Shown: positions 28,970 to 39,145 of the stretch, one piece after another | Layout of the letters: every line of letters begins with the position of its first letter | How positions within the stretch are numbered: the stretch's first letter is position 1 | Virus record (IMG/VR): IMGVR_UViG_3300025646_000056 | Location: 1-53,261 of that record | From: a virus | Lineage: Duplodnaviria > Caudoviricetes | Direction: 5' to 3' (one strand) | Length of the DNA: 53,261 nucleotides | Made by a program: the position numbers and the translations under genes | Notes under the pieces: model-generated | Database searches by the model: none | Seen by the model: only the letters and a program-made list of their open reading frames with translations | Told to the model about the DNA's origin: nothing

Positions 28970-31887
28970 TGCCAGGTTCAACATTAGACAACTTACAGAT
29001 CACTGAAACATTTTATGGTTGGTACAACAAAACCAATGAAATCATCGACCTTCTAAATTCTTTAGTAGGGGATGGAATCTCTGGTGCTACACTTGATGAC
29101 GGTAATCTTATCATCACTCTTATCGATGGCACGACTCTTGATGCTGGTTATGTGATGGGATCTACTGGTACGAGTTTTGTTGATGCTTCTGTAATTGATG
29201 GGTATTTAATTCTTGGTCTAGATTCTGGTGCTTCTGTTACTGCTGGTTATGTTCAAGGTCCAACAGGTCAAACAGGAGCAAGGGGAGAAACCGGAGACAC
29301 AGGTGATCCAGGCACAACTGGTCCGACTGGAGAAGGTGTTCCGCCTGGTGGTTTTGCTGGTTATGCTCTGGTAAAAACCTCTGATGTTTCATATGAAACC
29401 GAATGGGCAGACGTTTCTTCTGTTGCTAGAAGTCATCCAGGCAAAATAGGTGGATATGAGGGTGGTACTGGTAGTTTGATTTTTGGTAGAGGACTTTCTC
29501 AGGACGGAAGATTGTTGTTCCCGAGATGGTCAACAAACTATTATATCTCACAGGTACACCAAGGACCAGGCATCGCGATGGCAGGTGCAACTGGTTTATA
29601 TCCTGTCGCTGGTCTTATGACTGGATTCACTAGCGGTTATGACGACGGATTGACTGCTGGTATCAAGGTATTAAATTTCCTCGAAAATACCTTACCATTC
29701 GAAGGGAATGTCTACACAGACGCCAACTCAGATTGTCTGGGGCAAACTCTTGATGGACCTCCCGGTTATTACTGGAATAGAATGAAATATTTCCCAACAT
29801 GTAAGTTACAACCATTCTATGTTGGAAACTATTGCTATATTGATAAGTATTTGACTTATATCGCTGGATATGAGAACAATATTCCAGATGCAAGAACTGA
29901 TCGAAGAGGTATGTATGCTTGGTTTGGTGTAATTCCTGCTAATTCATTCCCAACTGGAACACCCCAGAGTGAAGTTGTTCAGTTTGATGGATTTGTAGAA
30001 GGTTCTACTTGTGCATACTTCTTCAGGGATTCTGGTGTTGGTTTGTGTGGTAATGGTTTTGCTGTATCTGTCACAGATGAAGATTTTGATGTAACAGGAA
30101 TTACAACATGTGCTTGGACCGGTGACTATGTACGAGAAGTAACACCAGGCAGAACTGGTCCTATTTCTCTGTACCCAGAAGCTTCTGGTCCTCTTGGATT
30201 AGGAAATGGTTTTGTATTACAACCAGGCTGGTATTATCTCATGTCAGAATTTATTCCTACTGCTTGGTTTAGTGTTGGAAGTGCTCTTGACACCATAGGT
30301 TCAACATTAGCGTATGAAAAAGGCAGAAGTGGAGATCAAGTCTTATTCACGCATACAAATGCAGCAAATAATTTTGGTGATATGAGTTTGTTTGGTTTGA
30401 ATGGTTTTGAGTTAGCTCCAGAAAATGAAGTAACTGGTGTTGGATCACCATTCACTCCGAGTGCATATCTTGGTATTTCTAGCATTCGCCAATCAATGAA
30501 AACTATTCCAACCGGACTCTCTCCTTACCTATGGTTTACTCAAGGTCTGAGTGGTGGAGGGGTTGCAAGGTTTGGAACAGGTGATTCAGGAAATTACCTA
30601 AAGGGACACATTGGATTACATCCAATACATGAGAGTGTTGACCAATCTGGAGCAATTACAATTCGCCCACAAACTCCAGAACAAGCCTCTGCTCCAAGAA
30701 TTGGTATTTCCATAAAGAGTGCGTCTACTCAAAGAGACTCTCTAAGAAACATTGATCTTGGAACGAATCCTGCTGATGCTGCTAACTTCTGCACATACGA
30801 ATGGGACGGTCTAGTTGGATGGGGTGGAACTTATGAAGGAATCCAAGGTACTCCAGACAATATCAAATGTGATGAATGTTTTGGTGGTACTGCTGGTGGT
30901 CCAAGACCTTTTGACTGGCATAGAGTTATCTTTGGTGGATTTGGATCCAACGACACTGATTCGTATTACTCCAGTGTAAATGGATTAATCACATATAAGA
31001 TTCAACTTTCATGCGAAACTGGATTATGCCCAACATTCTGCGCTCCTCCTGGATTCCCCGTAACTGGAGCTCTATCCCCTGCACCTCAAGACTTAGTTTA
31101 TGTGTCGGAATTTGATCAAACTACAGAGGTTATGACTAACTGGACCAATCCATCGTTTGGTGGATCTACTAACGGTGATAATAACTTAGTCTATCCAAAT
31201 GGAGATCCTTTAATTATATTCGAGAACTGCAACAATGATGATGGTACAATATATGATTGTACTCAAACACTAGGTGGTGTTGAATATGTATTTGTTCCAG
31301 ATGTTAATCAGCCCGCGGAATTTGGAGACTTCAAATACTATCCAAGAGGAGCTAACAGAGGAAACCTTCAAGGTTTTAATCAAGACGGCGGTTACTCTTG
31401 TGATTCTCATTACCCAGGCAGTTCAATGAATCCGTTTGGATTAACAACCGCAGGTGCAACTGCAAATCCAGATCAGGGTTGGATTATGATATTCGATGAT
31501 TCTGGAAATACCTACTTCTTTGGTTTCTATAATGGAGAAACAGGAGCCGAGGGATCTGGTATTGTAAATGGTAGTCCAGTTGGTGCTACGAGTGGTTGTT
31601 TTGATTGTTATAAAGAACATACTGGTACAATGGGATCTTTTGATGGCTCCTTTAGTAGCTGCGGTAACTTAGAAAGTTTACCGCCTGGTTCCGATATAGA
31701 TCCAGGCGAGTTTGGAGGTCAAGGTGGTGGACCTGCTTCTATATCAACATATGTGAATGCACAAGAATCAATTCACGTAGCATGGTATGGGAATTTCCCA
31801 GGCACAGAGAAAAATCACTTGATCAAGTATACATCAACATTTGGTTGCACAAGTGGAACCGAATATCCAGAATATCAAGGGCCTTGA
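28969..31887 (+). CDS. fibre/fibritin-like structural protein with a collagen-like segment
   Basis: N-terminal ETFYGWYNKTNE attachment-type motif, two tandem DG.L...L..G....AGYV.G repeats, Gly-X-Y run, large Gly/Cys-rich C-terminal region. Confidence 0.7.
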   Translation: MPGSTLDNLQITETFYGWYNKTNEIIDLLNSLVGDGISGATLDDGNLIITLIDGTTLDAGYVMGSTGTSFVDASVIDGYLILGLDSGASVTAGYVQGPTGQTGARGETGDTGDPGTTGPTGEGVPPGGFAGYALVKTSDVSYETEWADVSSVARSHPGKIGGYEGGTGSLIFGRGLSQDGRLLFPRWSTNYYISQVHQGPGIAMAGATGLYPVAGLMTGFTSGYDDGLTAGIKVLNFLENTLPFEGNVYTDANSDCLGQTLDGPPGYYWNRMKYFPTCKLQPFYVGNYCYIDKYLTYIAGYENNIPDARTDRRGMYAWFGVIPANSFPTGTPQSEVVQFDGFVEGSTCAYFFRDSGVGLCGNGFAVSVTDEDFDVTGITTCAWTGDYVREVTPGRTGPISLYPEASGPLGLGNGFVLQPGWYYLMSEFIPTAWFSVGSALDTIGSTLAYEKGRSGDQVLFTHTNAANNFGDMSLFGLNGFELAPENEVTGVGSPFTPSAYLGISSIRQSMKTIPTGLSPYLWFTQGLSGGGVARFGTGDSGNYLKGHIGLHPIHESVDQSGAITIRPQTPEQASAPRIGISIKSASTQRDSLRNIDLGTNPADAANFCTYEWDGLVGWGGTYEGIQGTPDNIKCDECFGGTAGGPRPFDWHRVIFGGFGSNDTDSYYSSVNGLITYKIQLSCETGLCPTFCAPPGFPVTGALSPAPQDLVYVSEFDQTTEVMTNWTNPSFGGSTNGDNNLVYPNGDPLIIFENCNNDDGTIYDCTQTLGGVEYVFVPDVNQPAEFGDFKYYPRGANRGNLQGFNQDGGYSCDSHYPGSSMNPFGLTTAGATANPDQGWIMIFDDSGNTYFFGFYNGETGAEGSGIVNGSPVGATSGCFDCYKEHTGTMGSFDGSFSSCGNLESLPPGSDIDPGEFGGQGGGPASISTYVNAQESIHVAWYGNFPGTEKNHLIKYTSTFGCTSGTEYPEYQGP
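29257..29337 (+). repeat. collagen-like Gly-X-Y triplets
   Basis: GPTGQTGARGETGDTGDPGTTGPTGEG. Confidence 0.85.
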
Positions 31888-31888
31888 T

Positions 31889-32194
31889 ATGCCAAAACCA
31901 ATGTTAAACGGTGACTTAAATGATGCTTTGGGTCACAATCATTATCCAGCAACACCAATTGTCTCAAACTCAAATGTATTGATTGAGGGTAAACCTGTTG
32001 CAAGAGTTGGTGATGCGTATATCGGCACACATATATTCAACGGTGATCCAAAAATTCAACATCCAGCTGGTGTCGCACAAACAGGTTCTTCTAAATTATT
32101 AATCAATGGTAGACCTGTTCATCGTGAAGGTGATGCCATTTCTTGTGGTTCGATTGCTGGTAAAAGTTCATGTGTGACAATTGAAGTGCCATAG
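31889..32194 (+). CDS. PAAR spike-tip protein (gp5.4-like)
   Basis: GH..YP, VLIEGKPVARVGD, GSSKLLINGRPVHREGDAISCG; His/His/His/Cys metal ligands; probable start ATG 31889. Confidence 0.9.
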   Translation: MPKPMLNGDLNDALGHNHYPATPIVSNSNVLIEGKPVARVGDAYIGTHIFNGDPKIQHPAGVAQTGSSKLLINGRPVHREGDAISCGSIAGKSSCVTIEVP

Positions 32195-32207
32195 TTACTT
32201 TCGTTCT

Positions 32208-32215
32208 TATACATA
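32208..32215 (+). promoter_or_regulatory. variant late promoter for g13
   Basis: TATACATA in the intergenic gap, upstream of a GGAGG SD. Confidence 0.55.
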
Positions 32216-32234
32216 ATAAAGAACGGAGGTCTAA

Positions 32235-32987
32235 ATGGCAAGAGTAAGTTCCAGACAGGATCTGAAAGACTACTGCTTTCGTAGACTCGGATACCCAGTT
32301 GTAGAAATCAATGTAGATGATGCTCAGGTAGAAGATCGCATCGACGATGCGATCGAACTTTTCACAGAGTATCATTTTGATGGTGTCGAACCACAATATC
32401 TAAAGCACCAAATCACTCAAGAGGATATAGATAATCAATATCTGAATATGGATTTGGTTGACGAACGAGTAGTAAGTGTTGTTCGTTGTTTTCAGTTCGG
32501 ACAGAACACTTCTGCAAATCTGTTCAATGTAAAGTATCAAATTGCACTGAATGATTTTTATGGTCTTCGCAATCCCGTTTCACTTCAAAACTACGACATG
32601 ACAATGAGACATCTTGAGATGTTGGAAGATATTCTCACTCCTGAGAAAAAGGTAAGATTCAATCGAGTCACCAATCGACTTTATCTTGACATGAAATGGG
32701 ACGAAGAAGTAAATGTCGGTGATTGGTTAGTCTTTGAGTCATATGTCGCAGTAAATCCAGAAGTTTTCCGAGAGTTTTATAACGATCGCTTTCTCAAAGA
32801 ATATGCAACTGTCGTTATCAAGAAACAATGGGCTACAAATCTTTCCAAGTTCGAAGGACTGCAACTCCCAGGCGGGGTTCAGTTCAATGCTCAACAAATG
32901 TTGTCAGAGGCAAACGAAGAGAAAAGTCGTCTTGAAGAAGAGTTATCACTTAAATACGAATTACCACCCGACTTCATGACGGGATGA
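32235..32987 (+). CDS. g13: neck protein gp13
   Basis: SRQDLKDYCFRRLGYPVVEINV..QVEDRID..YHFDG; KFEGLQLPGGV; YELPPDFMTG. Confidence 0.96.
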   Translation: MARVSSRQDLKDYCFRRLGYPVVEINVDDAQVEDRIDDAIELFTEYHFDGVEPQYLKHQITQEDIDNQYLNMDLVDERVVSVVRCFQFGQNTSANLFNVKYQIALNDFYGLRNPVSLQNYDMTMRHLEMLEDILTPEKKVRFNRVTNRLYLDMKWDEEVNVGDWLVFESYVAVNPEVFREFYNDRFLKEYATVVIKKQWATNLSKFEGLQLPGGVQFNAQQMLSEANEEKSRLEEELSLKYELPPDFMTG

Positions 32988-32991
32988 TCCT

Positions 32992-33642
32992 ATGGCCACA
33001 AATCCATTTTTCAATCACAAACCAGCACAGTCATCCAGACTATTCGAAGACCTCACCATCGAAGCCATAAAAATGTATGGTAAAGATATGGTATATCTTC
33101 CCCGTACTCTAGTAAGAGAAGATACTGTCTTCGGAGAAGATAATTCTTCTATCTTTTCTGATGGCGTTGAAATGGAAATGTATATTGAGTCTATTGATGG
33201 ATTTGGTGCGAACGATCAAATCACACAATTTGGTTTTGAAATACAAGATACAGTCGATCTTGTAGTTGCAAAGAAAATCTTTGAACGAGGATTGAGTCAT
33301 ATAGAAAATATCACTCATCCACGCGAAGGTGATTTGATTTACTTTCCACTCTCCAACTATATCTTTGAAGTCAAATATGTAGAACATGAAAATCCTTTTT
33401 ATCAATTAGGAAAACTCTACACATACAAACTCTCTTGTCAACTATTCCGTTACTCTTATGAACAAATGCAAACAGGTTGGTCGGAAATCGACAAACTGGA
33501 ATCGATCGTTGCAGGCGTCACAAATGATTCTGGATCAGTTGTTCCTCAAGATGGATTTGGTCAAAACACGGATATTGAAACTGGAGGTAGTTCAATTCTT
33601 GACTTCTCAGAGAGAGATCCGTTCTCGGAGGGTAACTACTGA
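32992..33642 (+). CDS. g14: neck protein gp14
   Basis: NPFF..EAIKMYG.D..YLPR, PREGDLIYFP, FEVKYVEHENPFYQLGK, LDFSERDPF. Confidence 0.96.
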   Translation: MATNPFFNHKPAQSSRLFEDLTIEAIKMYGKDMVYLPRTLVREDTVFGEDNSSIFSDGVEMEMYIESIDGFGANDQITQFGFEIQDTVDLVVAKKIFERGLSHIENITHPREGDLIYFPLSNYIFEVKYVEHENPFYQLGKLYTYKLSCQLFRYSYEQMQTGWSEIDKLESIVAGVTNDSGSVVPQDGFGQNTDIETGGSSILDFSERDPFSEGNY

Positions 33643-34571
33643 TGTTCGGTAATCATTTTTATCACGAAACAATTCGAAACTCCGTTGTTGCTTTTGGTAC
33701 ACTCTTTAATGATTTGACCATTGTAAAGAAAGATGGAAACGGGGACGATCGTTTATCCATTCAAGTACCATTAGCATATGCAGCAAGAGAAAAATTTATA
33801 CAAAGATTAAAAGAAGATTCTCGATTAGACGATGACACAAACCCCAATCCACATGTTCAAATGACACTCCCTCGTATGTCGTTTAATATGGTTTCTATGT
33901 CATATGATGCTGGAAGAAAAAGAAACACAATCCACCGAAGAAGAATTAAAGATATTCAAGAAGAACAAGGATATCTTTCATATCAATACACAGAAGTTCC
34001 ATATAATTTTGGATTTGAACTTGGTGTTTATGCTACAACATTTGAAGATGGACTGCAAATCGTAGAACAAATAGTTCCCTATTTCACTCCAGAATTTAAT
34101 GTAACATTCCAAAGGGCGGGTGGAACATCTGACATCAATACTAAAATTGATCTACCCATAATCCTAGAATCTGTAAACTTGGATTACGATTATCTTGGTG
34201 ATTTTGAACAGAGACGATTACTGATATGGACTTTGACATTCAATGTTAAAACGCATTTATATGGGCCTATCAAGAGAGAAAAGACAATTCTCAGTACCTC
34301 TTCCACTCTCTTTGATTTGGATGGATTTACATCTGGTCAAATCACCGGACATCCCGGTGAGTTTGAGTTCCGATCATCTACAGGAAACACTTACTATGGA
34401 GCAACATCTCGTATAGACGTAGGAATCTCAGGAGGAACTGGTATCTTTATTGATGGTTCTCAAGAAACTCCAAATGCTGATCCACCTTATACATTCACAG
34501 AGTTCAAATATCAGTTCGACGATCCAAACGGTGGCGATGATGTGATTAATACTACTGGAGTTACAACATGA
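33642..34571 (+). CDS. g15: tail sheath stabiliser/terminator gp15
   Basis: FYHETIR..VAFGTLFN, VPLAY..EKF, TLPRMSF, QIVEQIVPYFTPEFN, YLGDF..RR. Confidence 0.96.
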   Translation: MFGNHFYHETIRNSVVAFGTLFNDLTIVKKDGNGDDRLSIQVPLAYAAREKFIQRLKEDSRLDDDTNPNPHVQMTLPRMSFNMVSMSYDAGRKRNTIHRRRIKDIQEEQGYLSYQYTEVPYNFGFELGVYATTFEDGLQIVEQIVPYFTPEFNVTFQRAGGTSDINTKIDLPIILESVNLDYDYLGDFEQRRLLIWTLTFNVKTHLYGPIKREKTILSTSSTLFDLDGFTSGQITGHPGEFEFRSSTGNTYYGATSRIDVGISGGTGIFIDGSQETPNADPPYTFTEFKYQFDDPNGGDDVINTTGVTT

Positions 34572-35008
34572 AGGAAGATAATGTAGAAAAGAATTTGAAC
34601 GAGGTTTTTGATATAGAACCCGTAGTGATTGAAAGTGAAATTGTATCCGAGAGAAAAGAATCATACGAAAGTAAAAAAGTAGATAGAGACTTCGAAGAAA
34701 TTCGAAGTAATCTTAAAGAAGTCATTGACCGAGGTAACGAGGCAATTGACGGTATTTTGCAAGTTGCTTCTGAAACAGAGAGTCCAAGGGCTTATGAAGT
34801 CGCCGCACAGATGATAAAGACCGTGGCGGACGCCAACAAGGATCTGTTGGACATACACAAGAAGCTGAAGGATGTGAAACAAGAAAAGACTACGGTTCAC
34901 AATACCACTAACCAGTCCCTATTTGTTGGTTCGACTAAGGAACTGCAAATGTTTCTAAAAGAACAAAAGAAAATGATGGAGGCAAAGAATGCCGAGGACG
35001 GACAATGA
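34568..35008 (+). CDS. g16: terminase small subunit gp16
   Basis: ESPRAYEVAAQMIK, TNQSLFVGSTKELQ. Confidence 0.95.
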   Translation: MKEDNVEKNLNEVFDIEPVVIESEIVSERKESYESKKVDRDFEEIRSNLKEVIDRGNEAIDGILQVASETESPRAYEVAAQMIKTVADANKDLLDIHKKLKDVKQEKTTVHNTTNQSLFVGSTKELQMFLKEQKKMMEAKNAEDGQ

Positions 35009-36617
35009 ACATTATCTAGGTAATCCTCTTCTCAAGGCCGCAGGTGTTGAACAAGAGTTTACCAAGGAAGAGGTTCAAGAATACATCAAGTGTTCTCAAG
35101 ACCCAATTTACTTTATTCAAAACTATGTGAAGATCGTCTCTCTTGACGAAGGCGTTGTACAATTTAAGATGTGGGATTTTCAGGAAGAAACGGTTCGTAC
35201 TATGCACAAGAACCGATTCGTGATCTGTAAGTTTCCTCGACAGACTGGTAAGTCTACAACTATGATTTCCTACATTCTTCACTATGTGTTGTTCAATGAC
35301 AACATGAATGTTGCCATTCTCGCAAACAAGTTGGCGACCGCCAGAGAACTTCTAGGTCGTCTTCAGTTGGCATACGAGAATCTACCAAAATGGTTGCAAC
35401 AGGGTGTAGTTGAATGGAATAAAGGTTCTATTGAGTTAGAGAACGGTTCTCGAATCCTTGCATCTGCGACATCATCATCTGCGATTCGTGGTGGTTCATT
35501 CAACATGATCTTCCTAGACGAATTTGCATACGTTCCACATGAAGTGGCAGATGAGTTCTTCTCTTCCGTATACCCAACGATCTCATCTGGTAAAGATACA
35601 AAGATTCTAATCGTTTCTACTCCACGCGGTATGAATTTATTCTATAAGTTCTGGGTTGGTGCAAACAAGAAAGAAGGAGAACCAGGCAAAAATTTGTTTG
35701 TTCCAATCGAAGTTCATTGGTCTGAAGTTCCAGGCAGAGACGAGAATTGGAAAAGACAGACTATTGCTAACTCTTCAGAAGAACAGTTTCGTACAGAGTT
35801 CGAATGTGAATTCCTTGGTTCGGTAAACACTCTAATTCATCATAAGAAACTGAAAACAATGACATTCGAAACTCCTCTGAAGAAAACGGACGAGGGATTG
35901 TGTATCTATGAAGTTCCAAAGAAGGATCGATCATACTTCATCACAGTTGACACATCGAGAGGTCTTGGTCAGGATTATCACGCATTCGTTGTGATTGATG
36001 CAACAGAGTCGCCGTACAATGTTGTAGCAACTTTTCGAAACAATACAATGCCTCCACTTCTTTTTCCAGATGTTATCTATCGAATCGCAAAAGAATACAA
36101 TGAAGCACAAGTTTTGGTAGAACTGAATGACATCGGACAGCAGGTCGCAGATGTTCTGCGGCAGGATCTCGAATATGAAAACATGCTTTCAACTTCTATG
36201 AAAGGTAGAGCTGGGCAGGTACTCGGTGAAGGGTTCGGTCAACAGGTTTCGTATGGTGTAAAGACAACTGCACCTCTGAAAAAGATTGGTTGTGCTACTT
36301 TGAAGAGTTTCATAGAAACCGACAAATTGATTACAAAAGACTACAATATCCTGGAAGAATTAATCAATTTCATATCAGTTCGAAATACATATGAAGCAGA
36401 TCCAGGCCACAATGATGACTTGGTTATGTGTCTTGTTCTATTCGCTTGGATGACAACTCAGAAATATTTTCAAGAATCTTTTGATCGTGACCTCCGTAAA
36501 CAATTATATGAAGATGAGATGAAAAAGATCGAAGAAGAAATCATGCCCTTTGGTTTTATAAATGATGGATTAGACGATGAATATCATGTGGATGAAGACG
36601 GAACTGTGTGGCAGTGA
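34989..36617 (+). CDS. g17: terminase large subunit gp17
   Basis: YLGNPLLK, PRQTGKST, IFLDEFAYVP, VSTPRGMN, HNDDLVM. Confidence 0.98.
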   Translation: MPRTDNEHYLGNPLLKAAGVEQEFTKEEVQEYIKCSQDPIYFIQNYVKIVSLDEGVVQFKMWDFQEETVRTMHKNRFVICKFPRQTGKSTTMISYILHYVLFNDNMNVAILANKLATARELLGRLQLAYENLPKWLQQGVVEWNKGSIELENGSRILASATSSSAIRGGSFNMIFLDEFAYVPHEVADEFFSSVYPTISSGKDTKILIVSTPRGMNLFYKFWVGANKKEGEPGKNLFVPIEVHWSEVPGRDENWKRQTIANSSEEQFRTEFECEFLGSVNTLIHHKKLKTMTFETPLKKTDEGLCIYEVPKKDRSYFITVDTSRGLGQDYHAFVVIDATESPYNVVATFRNNTMPPLLFPDVIYRIAKEYNEAQVLVELNDIGQQVADVLRQDLEYENMLSTSMKGRAGQVLGEGFGQQVSYGVKTTAPLKKIGCATLKSFIETDKLITKDYNILEELINFISVRNTYEADPGHNDDLVMCLVLFAWMTTQKYFQESFDRDLRKQLYEDEMKKIEEEIMPFGFINDGLDDEYHVDEDGTVWQ

Positions 36618-36629
36618 AAAACCATAATT

Positions 36630-36637
36630 TATAAATA
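36630..36637 (+). promoter_or_regulatory. T4-type late promoter for g18
   Basis: Exact TATAAATA; AAGGAG SD downstream. Confidence 0.85.
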
Positions 36638-36675
36638 TCAAGACATATATTGAGTTATTCAATAAGGAGAGCATA

Positions 36676-38508
36676 ATGGCCTTTCAAGTAAGTCCCGGCG
36701 TTCAAGTAAAAGAACTCGACCTCACCACAATCGTCCCAACAATTGCTACCACACCTGCTGGATTTGTTGGTCTTTTTGAGTGGGGCCCAGCAAACGAAGT
36801 AGTTACCATTTCTTCTGAAAACGAACTTCGAGAAGTTTTTGGACTTCCAAATGATAACAATGCTACATTCTGGTTTACCGCTTCAAGTTTCCTTCGTTAT
36901 GGAAGCAATCTTCAAGTGGTTCGCGGAGAGACAACAGGTTCAAAAAATGCTGGTGCAAGTGCAGGCGTCACTGGAGCATTCCCAATTCCGTTTGATCTTA
37001 CTTCACAGGTTACGGGCGGCGGTCCTTGGGCCAGTAAGGAATTTAATACTTACGGCGGATTTATGGCCAGATACCCAGGCAAGATCGGAAATGCACTCGG
37101 TATTGCGATCTGGGATTCCGCTGCATCTGGAACTAACGGTGCCGATCAAGGTGATTTTGCTGGTTGGGGACCAGAAGGTAGTACAGGGTTATGGGCGGGA
37201 TATATCGCTGGTGGAACTCCAGACGCATCACAATACGCAAGAAATGCCGTAGGTGAAGGTCATACAATGAATGACGAGATGCACATCATCGTCTATGATA
37301 GCTCTGGTCAAATCACGGGAACAAGATTCACACCACTCGAAGTGTATGAGGGTGTCTCAAAGGCAGTTGATGCCAGACTTCCAGATGGTTCTACCAACTT
37401 CTATAGAGCAGTAATCAACAACAAGTCAAATTGGATTATTGCAGGAAGAGCAATTCAAGAAGCAGATGCGACCGGATTTGAAGAAACTATTTCCGAAGTA
37501 TTCTATGGGGGTGACGGTGGATCAGGTGGATCGTTCGGAGCATTCTTTAATCCAAGTACCAACGACAAAGCTGAATTTAGAAACGGAAAATCTTTCACAG
37601 GCGGTTCTGCTGAAGGTGATGTTGGTTCAAGTGCCACTGGTGCTGCTATATTTGAACAATACAGTGAACGATTCGGGCCAGCTTCATCTGTCGATGTTTC
37701 ATTCTTGATTTCTGGTCCTGCCGATTCTAAGTTAGCAAATGAATTAGTTAGCATCGCAGAGTCGAGAAAAGATTGCATTGTTACATTGTCACCAGAAATA
37801 GATGATGTTAACATAACAACAGGTCAAGCTGATGCTATTATTTCACACAGAAACAGCATAAATCCAAAGAGTTCTTACGCAGTCATGGACAGTGGATGGA
37901 AAGTTGTTTATGATCCATATAGAGACACATACAGAACTGTTCCACTGAACGGCGATATTGCTGGTATCATGGTTCGTTCTGATGAAGATTTTGAACCTTG
38001 GTTCTCGCCTGCTGGTTTCAACAGAGGAAATCTGAAAAACATTGTCAAACTTCTATACAGCCCAGGCAAGGCTGATAGAGACAAGTTATATTCGAAGGGA
38101 ATCAACCCAGTTGTAAACTTTGAAAACGAAGGTATTGTCCTCTTCGGAGATAAGACAATGTTGGCAAAACCATCTGCCTTCGACCGCATCAATGTTCGTC
38201 GTCTGTTTACAATCGTTCAGAAGTCTATTGCTACTGCTGCTAGATTCTCACTCTTCGAGTTCAACGATGCGTTCACCAGAGCTGGATTTAGAAATCTGAT
38301 TGAACCATTCCTTAGAGATGTTCAAGCTAGACGAGGTATTCAAGACTTCAAGGTTGTTTGTGACGAAAGCAACAACACTCCAACTGTTATCGACAGAAAT
38401 GAGTTTGTTGCTGACATTTACATCAAGCCTTCAAGATCAATCAACTTCATCACACTCAGCTTTATTGCTACTCCATCTGGAGTAAACTTCGAAGAAATTG
38501 GTGCTTGA
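36676..38508 (+). CDS. g18: tail sheath protein gp18
   Basis: FQVSPGVQVKELDLT, WFSPAGFNRG, SAFDRINVRRLF, KPSRSINFITL. Confidence 0.98.
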   Translation: MAFQVSPGVQVKELDLTTIVPTIATTPAGFVGLFEWGPANEVVTISSENELREVFGLPNDNNATFWFTASSFLRYGSNLQVVRGETTGSKNAGASAGVTGAFPIPFDLTSQVTGGGPWASKEFNTYGGFMARYPGKIGNALGIAIWDSAASGTNGADQGDFAGWGPEGSTGLWAGYIAGGTPDASQYARNAVGEGHTMNDEMHIIVYDSSGQITGTRFTPLEVYEGVSKAVDARLPDGSTNFYRAVINNKSNWIIAGRAIQEADATGFEETISEVFYGGDGGSGGSFGAFFNPSTNDKAEFRNGKSFTGGSAEGDVGSSATGAAIFEQYSERFGPASSVDVSFLISGPADSKLANELVSIAESRKDCIVTLSPEIDDVNITTGQADAIISHRNSINPKSSYAVMDSGWKVVYDPYRDTYRTVPLNGDIAGIMVRSDEDFEPWFSPAGFNRGNLKNIVKLLYSPGKADRDKLYSKGINPVVNFENEGIVLFGDKTMLAKPSAFDRINVRRLFTIVQKSIATAARFSLFEFNDAFTRAGFRNLIEPFLRDVQARRGIQDFKVVCDESNNTPTVIDRNEFVADIYIKPSRSINFITLSFIATPSGVNFEEIGA

Positions 38509-38521
38509 TTCAGTAGTTTGT

Positions 38522-38529
38522 TATAAATA
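38522..38529 (+). promoter_or_regulatory. T4-type late promoter for g19
   Basis: Exact TATAAATA in the intergenic gap. Confidence 0.85.
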
Positions 38530-38550
38530 AATTAGAAACGGGAGTAACAA

Positions 38551-39120
38551 ATGGCCTCATTAAAGGTAGATAGAATCAAACAAGCTCTAGGAACTGGTGT
38601 AAGAAGTAATCTTTTCCGAATTGTTATCAATAAACCACCTGCGATCGCTATTCCAGATCAAGATAAGTTATCTCTTCTGGTCCGCGCTGCTCAGATTCCA
38701 GGCACTTCTTTAACACCAATCGAAGTTCCTTTCCGTGGAGCAAGATTAAAGATTCCAGGCGATCGTACTTTTGATCCTTGGACTGTTACAATCTATAACG
38801 ATCAAAACATGCAGTATAGAACACTATTCGAAACATGGTCAAATGGTCTTAAGGGATTTGTTTCAAATGTTTCAAGTGCAGATCCAAGTCAATATTACTG
38901 CGGTATTGATGTCTATCAATTAGATAACCAAGGAAATGAGATCGGAACAGCTTGGCAATTGGTCGATGCTTGGCCTGGAGATATTACAGCGATTGATCTT
39001 TCGAGTGATAATGAAAATACTGTTTCAGATTTTTCAATTACATTCCAATATCAATACTGGATTCATAATGTCGGAACACTTGGAACTGATGGCAACAACG
39101 CAGGCACCAACGAAGCCTGA
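38551..39120 (+). CDS. g19: tail tube protein gp19
   Basis: RSNLF, IEVPFRG..LKIPGDRTFDPWTVT, YQLD, AWP..I..IDL, FQYQYW. Confidence 0.96.
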   Translation: MASLKVDRIKQALGTGVRSNLFRIVINKPPAIAIPDQDKLSLLVRAAQIPGTSLTPIEVPFRGARLKIPGDRTFDPWTVTIYNDQNMQYRTLFETWSNGLKGFVSNVSSADPSQYYCGIDVYQLDNQGNEIGTAWQLVDAWPGDITAIDLSSDNENTVSDFSITFQYQYWIHNVGTLGTDGNNAGTNEA

Positions 39121-39145
39121 TATATTTTAAAATGAAGGAAGTGAT

